Shown: in pieces, positions 57,330-64,000 of the stretch
How positions within the stretch are numbered: the first letter of the stretch is position 1
How the letters are laid out: the number at the start of each line of letters is the position of its first letter
NCBI GenBank assembly: GCA_033549025.1
Contig: JAWSUS010000001.1
Coordinates: 299,685 to 363,684, forward strand
DNA: 64,000 nt
Direction: 5' to 3'
Source of the DNA: Desulfuromonadales bacterium
GTDB taxonomy: Bacteria; Desulfobacterota; Desulfuromonadia; Desulfuromonadales; SZUA-540
Notes under the pieces: model-generated
The model's database searches: none
Told to the model about the DNA's origin: nothing
Seen by the model: only the letters and a program-made list of their open reading frames with translations
Made by a program: the position numbers and the translations under genes

Positions 57330-59267
57330 ATGCTTGATTTGATTCGCAAAAAACAGAAATCCACCATCGTTAAACTCGTTTTCTGGGCCATTATCGCCAC
57401 ATTCGTGGGAACCATCTTCCTCGTCTGGGGAAAAGGGGACGACGGCCGCGACGAGACCCCAGCGGTCGCCATCTCAGTCAATGGCACGGACATCAGCTAC
57501 AACGAATACCAGAACGCCTACAACGATCTCTACCAGCTTTACCAGAATATCTATCGTGATCAGTTTACGCCGGCTCTGGAGAAACAGCTTGGCATCAGGA
57601 AACAGGTCGTCGAATCCCTGATCGACGAAACCCTCCTGTTGCAGGAAGCCAAAAAACTCAAAATCAGCGTGAGCCAAAAAGAGCTGGTCGACTCCATCGC
57701 CACCATCCCCGCCTTCCAGGACAATGGGATCTTCAACAAAGAGCGCTACCTGCAGGTTCTGTCCTACCAGCGCCTCTCGCCTGAAGATTTTGAAGCCCTG
57801 CAGAAACAGCAGCTGCTCATCGCCAAGGCTCAGGCGAAAATCCAGGAAGGCGTCAGCGTCTCCGATGAGGACATCGAGCAGGAGTACCGGGATCAGAACG
57901 AAAAGGTCAATCTGGTCTTTGCCAAATCGCCTCCAGCCCTGTTTGAACACAAAGTCAAGGTCGGCTCCGAGGAACTCGAAGCTTTCTTTACTGACAACCG
58001 CGAGGAATTCCGCGTTTCCGAAACGATCTCCCTGCAATATCTGCAATTCGACCCCACTCGCTTTGCTGACAAGGTCACGTTTACCGACGAGGATCTGGAA
58101 AGATACTACCGGCGGCATCTGGACCTCTTTGAAATCAATGAACAGGCGAAAATTTCGCATATCCTGATCAAAGCGGCGGCGGGAACTTCGTCTGATTTGC
58201 TGGAAAAGAAGCGGCAGCTGGCTCAAAAAATTCTGGACGAGATTCGCGCCGGAAAGGACTTTTCCACCCTGGCCCGCAAACACTCCGACGACGCCCGTAC
58301 CGCGCCCAATGGCGGCTCAATGGGCTACATCACCCGCGATCAGGCCAACAGGGAATTTGCCGAGGCGGCTTTCGCCCTTAAACCCGGCGACCTCAGCGAA
58401 GTCGTGCAAACCCCCGAAGGTTTTCACATCATTCGCAGCGAGGGCTACATCGAGGCGGGCATCAAACCTTTCGCCGATGTTCTGGATGAAATCAAAGCGG
58501 GCCTGAAAGTGGAAAAATCCCAACAGATGGCCATGGAAGCGGCCATGGATGCCTACAACATCAATCGCAAGAGCGGCGACCTGGCTGCAGCAGCGGCTGC
58601 CAACGACCTCGACCTTCAGGAAACCGGTTTCTTTTCTCGCCAGGAGGCCATTGACGGTCTCGGCATGGTCCCCGAGATTTCGGGCGTAGCCTTTACCCTT
58701 GAAGAGAAGGAACTCGCCCGCCCTGTCATTGTCTCCGGCAAAATTATTCTCTACGGGGTCAAGGAAAAGCGTCCCTCCCGACTGCCCGAATTGGCCGAGG
58801 TGCAACAACAGGTCGAGATGGCCTTTCGCCAGGGAAAAAGCCGCGAATTGGCCCAGGAAAGTGCCCAAAAAGTCCTGAAGGGCATCGAGTCCGGAAAATC
58901 GTTGTCATCCCAGGCGGCACAGCAAGGGCTTCCCGTCGAAGAGACCGGCTTCTTCACCCGGTCCTACGGAGCCTTCGTCCCCCGGATCGGCGACCTCACT
59001 GAACTGGCGCAAGCCGCCTTCACTCTCACCAAAGAGAAACCGGCAGCGCCCGAAGTCTACACCACCAACGGTCAATACCTGGTCTCCGCCCTGAAAAACC
59101 GCCAGGAGGCTGACATGGATGCCTTGACTCCCGCCATACGAGACACCCTCAGGGAAACCCTGCTGGCGCGAAAACAAGAGCAAAAGCTGGCGGAAACACT
59201 TGAAAGCCTGCGGGAGCAATCGGAAATCACCATCGCCCCCACCATTCTTAGCGACCTTAAAGATTAA
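57330..59267 (+). CDS. ppiD: PpiD-like membrane-anchored periplasmic chaperone (SurA-N + parvulin)
   Basis: N-terminal TM helix, [10 protein letters not shown], parvulin SHILI...[11 protein letters not shown]...GG.MG...GFHII. Confidence 0.85.
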   Translation: MLDLIRKKQKSTIVKLVFWAIIATFVGTIFLVWGKGDDGRDETPAVAISVNGTDISYNEYQNAYNDLYQLYQNIYRDQFTPALEKQLGIRKQVVESLIDETLLLQEAKKLKISVSQKELVDSIATIPAFQDNGIFNKERYLQVLSYQRLSPEDFEALQKQQLLIAKAQAKIQEGVSVSDEDIEQEYRDQNEKVNLVFAKSPPALFEHKVKVGSEELEAFFTDNREEFRVSETISLQYLQFDPTRFADKVTFTDEDLERYYRRHLDLFEINEQAKISHILIKAAAGTSSDLLEKKRQLAQKILDEIRAGKDFSTLARKHSDDARTAPNGGSMGYITRDQANREFAEAAFALKPGDLSEVVQTPEGFHIIRSEGYIEAGIKPFADVLDEIKAGLKVEKSQQMAMEAAMDAYNINRKSGDLAAAAAANDLDLQETGFFSRQEAIDGLGMVPEISGVAFTLEEKELARPVIVSGKIILYGVKEKRPSRLPELAEVQQQVEMAFRQGKSRELAQESAQKVLKGIESGKSLSSQAAQQGLPVEETGFFTRSYGAFVPRIGDLTELAQAAFTLTKEKPAAPEVYTTNGQYLVSALKNRQEADMDALTPAIRDTLRETLLARKQEQKLAETLESLREQSEITIAPTILSDLKD

Positions 59268-59281
59268 AGAGGAGTAAGGCC

Positions 59282-60172
59282 ATGACGCCGGTCTTAATGC
59301 AAGCCAACTGCCCCGATCTTAAACTGGTCAATCGCGGCAAGGTCCGTGACATCTTTGACCTTGGTGAACATCTCTTGATCGTCACCAGCGACCGTATCTC
59401 CGCCTTTGACGTGATCATGAACGAAGGGATCCCCAACAAGGGTTTCGTACTGACCCAGATTTCCAAATTCTGGTTCGACCAGATGCAGGACATCATCCCC
59501 AATCACGTTATCGCCACGGATATAGCGGAGTTTCCTTCGGAAACCCACAAATATCGTGACCAGCTCGAAGGGCGCAGCATGCTGGTCAAAAAGGCCAAGC
59601 CCCTGCCTGTCGAGTGTATTGTGCGTGGCTACATTTCCGGGTCAGGCTGGAAGGAATACCAGAAGCAGGGAAGCATCTGCGGCATTCCCCTGCCGGCAGG
59701 ACTGGTGGAAAGCCAACAGCTGCCCACTCCCATTTTCACCCCTTCCACCAAGGCCGAGCTTGGCGAGCATGACGAAAACATCTCCTTCGACAAGGTCGTA
59801 GAGCTCTGCGGCCTTGAAATGGCCGAAGCGGTTCGCAAGGCCACCTTGGCCATTTACGAAAGAGCTCGCAACATTGCCGACGGCAAGGGCATCATCATCG
59901 CCGACACCAAGTTCGAATTCGGTCTCTACGAGGGAGAACTGATCTGGATTGATGAAGCGCTCTCGCCTGACTCCTCCCGCTTCTGGCCCAAGGACCAGTA
60001 TCAGCCAGGCGGCGCCCAACCCAGCTTCGACAAGCAGTTTCTGAGGGACTACCTGGAAACCCTCGACTGGGGTAAAAAGGCGCCAGCCCCCAGTCTGCCC
60101 GAAGAAATCGTCCGCAAAACCGGGGAGAAATACATGGAAGCACTCACCCGGCTGACCGGTATTTCCCTGTAA
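59282..60172 (+). CDS. purC: SAICAR synthase
   Basis: [44 protein letters not shown]. Confidence 0.97.
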   Translation: MTPVLMQANCPDLKLVNRGKVRDIFDLGEHLLIVTSDRISAFDVIMNEGIPNKGFVLTQISKFWFDQMQDIIPNHVIATDIAEFPSETHKYRDQLEGRSMLVKKAKPLPVECIVRGYISGSGWKEYQKQGSICGIPLPAGLVESQQLPTPIFTPSTKAELGEHDENISFDKVVELCGLEMAEAVRKATLAIYERARNIADGKGIIIADTKFEFGLYEGELIWIDEALSPDSSRFWPKDQYQPGGAQPSFDKQFLRDYLETLDWGKKAPAPSLPEEIVRKTGEKYMEALTRLTGISL

Positions 60173-60193
60173 GGCGACACACTGACGCTACTC

Positions 60194-60222
60194 AAAAGCC
60201 GGGGTTTTCCTCCGGCTTTTTT
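60194..60222 (+). terminator. Intrinsic terminator after purC
   Basis: AAAAGCCGG / CCGGCTTTT stem followed by a T tract. Confidence 0.75.
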
Positions 60223-60288
60223 GTTTAACACTTTCACAGCCATTGCTCCACCCGCAACCGGCCATATCACTCTTTTCGGAGGCACTCC

Positions 60289-61575
60289 ATGCTCGAGAAG
60301 CTGTTTCATTTGCATCAGCACGGCACCAATGTCCGCACGGAAATCACTGCCGGCGTCACCACCTTTCTCACCGGGGCATACATCATTTTCGTGCATCCCT
60401 CCATGCTGGCTCAGGCTGGCATGGACAAAGGGGCACTGACCACCGTAACCTGCCTGGCAGCGGCACTGGCCACTCTTCTTGTGGCTTTGTGGGCCAACGC
60501 CCCCCTCATGATGGCCCCCGGAATGGGCCTCAACGCTTTTTTTACCTACGCCCTCGTCCTGGGACAAGGCGTTCCCTGGCAGACTGCCCTGGGCGTGGTC
60601 TTTCTCTCCGGCGTCTTTTTCCTCATTCTCACCTGGCTGGGCGTACGGGAGCGCATCGTTCATGCCATTCCCCTTTCGCTACGTCTGGCCACCTCGGTTG
60701 GCATCGGTCTGTTTATTGCGTTCATCGGCATGCAGAATCTCGGGCTGATTGTCAAAAGCGAGGCGGTCCTGGTACAACTGGGGACATTCACCCCCATGGC
60801 CGTTCTTGGGCTCATCGGCCTCCTGCTGGCGATCATCTTGGAGATCAGACGCATTCGAGGTTCCATCCTGCTGGCCATTCTCATCACGGCCGGGATTGGC
60901 ATGGTTCTGAAAATATCGCCGCTGCCCAGCGCCCTAATGGCCATCCCCCCTTCTCCGGCTCCCCTCGCCTTTCAACTGGACATACTGGCCGCTCTCAAAA
61001 TTTCCATGTGGGCCAGTATTTTTTCTTTCATGTTTGTCGACCTCTTTGACAGCCTGGGAACCATGCTGGCCGTTTGTCGCGAGGCCGGCATGGCGGACAA
61101 GGATGGCAACATTCCCGGACTGCCAAAGATGCTTACAGCCGACGCCATGGCGACCATTGGCGGTGCCCTGCTGGGAACCAGCACGACCACGACCTATGTG
61201 GAATCGGCCAGCGGAGTTTCCGATGGCGGACGCACCGGCCTCACCAGCGTCGTCACCGCCCTTCTTTTTCTTCTGGCCCTGTTTTTTACCCCGATCATCG
61301 CCGCTGTACCCGCCTATGCCACGGCACCTGCCTTGATCCTGGTGGGGATATTTATGATGCGTGGAATCGGACAGGTCGATTTTTATCAGTTCGAGGAAGG
61401 GGCACCGGCATTTCTGACCTTCAGCCTCATGCCGCTGACCTACTCCATCGCGACGGGACTGGCTTTCGGGCTTATTTCCTATGTTCTCATCAAACTTTGC
61501 CTGGGCAAAATTCGCGAATGCGATCCCTTTTTGATAGGGGCCGCTATCTTTTCCCTGGTCAGCCTGACCCTCTAG
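60289..61575 (+). CDS. NCS2 family (AzgA/PbuG-like) purine permease
   Basis: TEITAGVTTF, APGMGLNAFF, FDSLGT, YVESASG..GGRTG, MPLTYSIA. Confidence 0.93.
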   Translation: MLEKLFHLHQHGTNVRTEITAGVTTFLTGAYIIFVHPSMLAQAGMDKGALTTVTCLAAALATLLVALWANAPLMMAPGMGLNAFFTYALVLGQGVPWQTALGVVFLSGVFFLILTWLGVRERIVHAIPLSLRLATSVGIGLFIAFIGMQNLGLIVKSEAVLVQLGTFTPMAVLGLIGLLLAIILEIRRIRGSILLAILITAGIGMVLKISPLPSALMAIPPSPAPLAFQLDILAALKISMWASIFSFMFVDLFDSLGTMLAVCREAGMADKDGNIPGLPKMLTADAMATIGGALLGTSTTTTYVESASGVSDGGRTGLTSVVTALLFLLALFFTPIIAAVPAYATAPALILVGIFMMRGIGQVDFYQFEEGAPAFLTFSLMPLTYSIATGLAFGLISYVLIKLCLGKIRECDPFLIGAAIFSLVSLTL

Positions 61576-61630
61576 GGAAACCGAATCGCAAGGCGAAGAT
61601 GCACCTATCGAAAATATCTTAAAAAACCTG

Positions 61631-61660
61631 TTGACAGTCATCGATCCGTTTTGATATAAA
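61631..61660 (+). promoter_or_regulatory. tRNA promoter
   Basis: TTGACA (61631-61636), 18-bp spacer, TATAAA (61655-61660), just upstream of the tRNA. Confidence 0.7.
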
Positions 61661-61675
61661 GTGCTCCGTCAACAA

Positions 61676-61751
<76 letters not shown>

Positions 61752-61759
61752 AGAAAATC

Positions 61760-61793
61760 AAAGGGTTAGCTGATATATCAGCTAGCCCTTTTT
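61760..61793 (+). terminator. Hairpin/terminator after the tRNA, overlapping an IHF consensus
   Basis: AAGGGTTAGCTGATA / TATCAGCTAGCCCTT plus T tract; AATCAAAGGGTTA (61756-61768) fits WATCAANNNNTTR. Confidence 0.75.
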
Positions 61794-61808
61794 GGTTTTT
61801 ATGGTTTG

Positions 61809-61831
61809 GGTGATACTTTAGGTGATACTTT
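61809..61831 (+). repeat. Tandem 11-bp direct repeat GGTGATACTTT (candidate integrase arm-type sites)
   Basis: Identical copies at 61809-61819 and 61821-61831, about 60 bp from the tRNA 3' end. Confidence 0.7.
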
Positions 61832-62316
61832 TCTACACCATAGATTGTCTCAACTTTGGATTTGGGTGGTTAAAATGGATCAGGCAACAAAATGATTTCT
61901 ACCAAAAGATCAGAGCACAAATCAATGATTGGGCAACTTCTGAAGATGGCACGAAATCAGAGTGGATTAATTACGTTCTCGTCGCACCAGACCTATTTCA
62001 TCTCTTATGCAAATTGGTCATCGACAAAAATGTTCCCGCATCTCACAAAGCGAAGCTAGTAATAGTTATTGCCTACTTTGTCTCACCAGTCGATTTAGTT
62101 CCAGAGGGTATTGTAGGTCCTATTGGCTTTGTGGATGACATTGCCCTTACTGCCTATGCTTTAAATAGCCTTCTCAACGAAGTAGAGGAAAAAGTTGTCC
62201 TCAAGCACTGGGTTGGCGACAAAGACTTACTAAAACTAATTCAAGAGGTTTTAAAAGTTGCTGACGAAATGGTAGGTTCTGGACTATGGTCGAAAATAAA
62301 AGGAATGTTCGGTTAA
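61822..62316 (+). CDS. YkvA/DUF1232 family protein (start uncertain, possible 5' frameshift)
   Basis: KAKLVIVIAYFVSPVDLVPEGIVGPIGFVDD matches the DUF1232 signature Y..SP.D..P....G..DD. Confidence 0.75.
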   Translation: MILFYTIDCLNFGFGWLKWIRQQNDFYQKIRAQINDWATSEDGTKSEWINYVLVAPDLFHLLCKLVIDKNVPASHKAKLVIVIAYFVSPVDLVPEGIVGPIGFVDDIALTAYALNSLLNEVEEKVVLKHWVGDKDLLKLIQEVLKVADEMVGSGLWSKIKGMFG

Positions 62317-62472
62317 TCCTTGCTGAGTGCCACCTCTCTGCAAGGTAGCCAATCTGAAAATTGGATGAAATTTTATCATCCGTGCCCTAGCGAGGAATTT
62401 GCCACAGCAAAATCTGGGAAGACATAGGTTGACTCAGAGGGGGTAGCGACAAAGGGTTACTTCATGTTTCAG

Positions 62473-62519
62473 ATTGCATCGTCGCTGCCGATTCACTACC
62501 TCGGCAGCGACGATGCAAT
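62473..62519. repeat. Perfect 19-bp inverted repeat with 9-nt loop
   Basis: ATTGCATCGTCGCTGCCGA (62473-62491) / TCGGCAGCGACGATGCAAT (62501-62519). Confidence 0.9.
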
Positions 62520-62521
62520 TC

Positions 62522-62773
62522 CTATGCTGCCAGTTTACCAAAGGCTCGATTTTGTGCCCATTCAGCCAACTTGACCACCGGATAATAAACCCTGTTGCCA
62601 AATTTTACCCGCTCGGGCCCTTCCCCCAGAGAATCAAGATTAGCCATAGTTTTAGGATTTAGCATACCGCCGCTAAATTTACGAACTAGGGAGCGAGCTA
62701 CATAAGGTCCATTCTCCCAGGAATCTACCATGAGTTGAAATTCCGGTGCTAAGGTCATGTCTTGTTTATTCAC
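62522..62773 (-). CDS. Small excisionase/AlpA-like DNA-binding protein
   Basis: NPKTMANLDSLGEGPERVKFGNRVYYPVVKLAEW resembles winged-HTH recombination directionality factors; GGAG RBS before GTG. Confidence 0.6.
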   Translation of the reverse strand: MNKQDMTLAPEFQLMVDSWENGPYVARSLVRKFSGGMLNPKTMANLDSLGEGPERVKFGNRVYYPVVKLAEWAQNRAFGKLAA

Positions 62774-63140
62774 GCGTTAATATCTCCAATATTAAAGTAA
62801 TCCAGAACACTAATGTTCCTTTAAAATAAATATTAAATATTCATGCTAACAATTACTATTTCCCACAGAAATGCCAACATGCGCCCTCAAAGGTATTGAA
62901 ACACAGATTGCTTAAAGTTAAGTAGGTGCCAAAATTTTCAGGGCGGCCATCTTGTCTCAAAATAATATTTTCTACCAATAGCTGACGCCTCACTCCCAAT
63001 AACCGAACCCTTCATACATTCTCCAGATAAGCAAATTTACATACGGCCATATGCATAAAAAAATTTTGCCACAATTTTTAAATTAATGAGAAGGAAAATA
63101 ATGAAGGAGTCACTTAATTTTTTTCTTTTTTTATTATGTG

Positions 63141-63563
63141 TTAATTATTCCGGCTACATACCGGACATCCGTTAGTTCCTGGTGACTCCTTCATAAATCG
63201 GCTGAATTCGACCGCGTAGATGTGGTCATGGATCAGGCAGTAAAACCAGAAATAGGCCTCAGGGTTGACATTTCCAACCGTGCATGGTGAAAGGCAGTAG
63301 GCATTATTGAGGCTGCGTTCCAGGACGAATTTTTGGAGGGAGCTAGGCGCCATAGGATATTCTTCCTCTGGGCACTCCCACCACGCCGGAATTACATCTT
63401 TTTCATTTTGATCCGAATCGTTTTGTATGGCACCAATCGATTGGCTTGGTGATGGAAGAACCTTGAGGTGAGTCGGCGCTGTTTTTTTTGGTTTGAGTTC
63501 AGACTTTTTGGAATCCTCCAACATCGATATTTTGGTTTTTTTCTCAGCATTCATTTTTTTCAT
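63141..63563 (-). CDS. Hypothetical protein with C-terminal zinc-ribbon-like motif
   Basis: AGGAG RBS and TTGACA-17-TAATAT promoter; WFYCLIHDH...GCPVC. Confidence 0.6.
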   Translation of the reverse strand: MKKMNAEKKTKISMLEDSKKSELKPKKTAPTHLKVLPSPSQSIGAIQNDSDQNEKDVIPAWWECPEEEYPMAPSSLQKFVLERSLNNAYCLSPCTVGNVNPEAYFWFYCLIHDHIYAVEFSRFMKESPGTNGCPVCSRNN

Positions 63564-63585
63564 TCAACAATCTCCTTTCTTGTGG

Positions 63586-63645
63586 CATATTCAACCAAAC
63601 GGGCATTTTTGTAGCCATATTAACCCAAATGGGTTGGTTTGTCAA
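63586..63645 (-). promoter_or_regulatory. Leftward promoter with two candidate repressor operators
   Basis: Minus strand TTGACA (63645-63640)-17-TAATAT (63622-63617); palindrome AACCC-AAAT-GGGTT (63622-63635); 15/18-identical repeats at 63586-63603 and 63616-63633. Confidence 0.7.
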
Positions 63646-63672
63646 TATCTAAATAGCCAAAAGGGTGGATCT

Positions 63673-64000
63673 ATGTTTGATCGAATTACACAACGACGGA
63701 AAGCACTCGGATTGACCCAAGTGCAACTGGCCGAAAAAATAAAAGTCTCTCCAAACACAATTAACAGATTTGAAAATGGACACCGGGTTCCCGATGCCCA
63801 TCAAGTCATCCAATTGGGTGAAGCCCTGGATTGTTCGGTGGAATGGCTCTTGACGGGTCAAGAGGGACAATCCGCACTGCCAGATGGTGAAGGTACCCCT
63901 TATTACTCTTCACCTTGCTTTGGCAACGCAGGGTCGATCACTAGTGAGATGGATGGCGTTGTCCAGGTTCCGGGATTGGATCCTGGCGATGTCGTTCTCC
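63673..64000 (+). CDS. XRE/cI-like HTH repressor (3'-truncated by the window edge; absent from the ORF track)
   Basis: Manual translation MFDRITQRRKALGLTQVQLAEKIKVSPNTINRFENGHRVPDAHQVIQLGEALDCSVEWLLTG..., open to the window end. Confidence 0.88.
   Translation, partial: MFDRITQRRKALGLTQVQLAEKIKVSPNTINRFENGHRVPDAHQVIQLGEALDCSVEWLLTGQEGQSALPDGEGTPYYSSPCFGNAGSITSEMDGVVQVPGLDPGDVVL

Larger units (their letters stand above)
61752..64000. mobile_element. Left end of a tRNA-Ala-integrated genomic island / prophage-like element (continues beyond the window)
   Basis: Abrupt shift to AT-rich sequence after the tRNA; IHF site, tandem repeats, excisionase-like gene, XRE repressor; no integrase inside the window. 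Confidence 0.8.

Noticed and set aside
63649..63870. 73-aa minus-strand ORF in the island
   Set aside because: Overlaps antisense the clearly recognisable XRE repressor at 63673 onward

Overview
About 61.7 kb of high-GC core chromosome. The gene set and order point to a Desulfuromonadales (Desulfuromonas/Geobacter-like) deltaproteobacterium; this is an inference. It contains a TCA-cycle cluster (acnB, korDABC, mdh, monomeric icd), aminoacyl-tRNA synthetases (aspS, hisS, valS), comEC, fbp, deoBC, argJ, secA, recN, nadK, rarA, the mreBCD-mrdA-rodA elongasome operon, ppiD, purC and several c-di-GMP signalling proteins. A RomR-like polarity protein with a long acidic, Trp-studded linker lies upstream of valS. 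An identical 15-bp operator overlaps the putative acnB and icd promoters. At tRNA-Ala(GGC) (61676-61751) the sequence turns abruptly AT-rich and an integrated element begins. It has an att-like arrangement (IHF consensus plus tandem arm-type repeats), a YkvA/DUF1232 gene with a suspicious start, an excisionase-like gene, a zinc-ribbon gene, and a divergent XRE repressor with a visible operator/promoter switch. The element continues beyond the window. Most of the window is ordinary housekeeping DNA. All assignments come from motif recognition by eye; no database searches were run.
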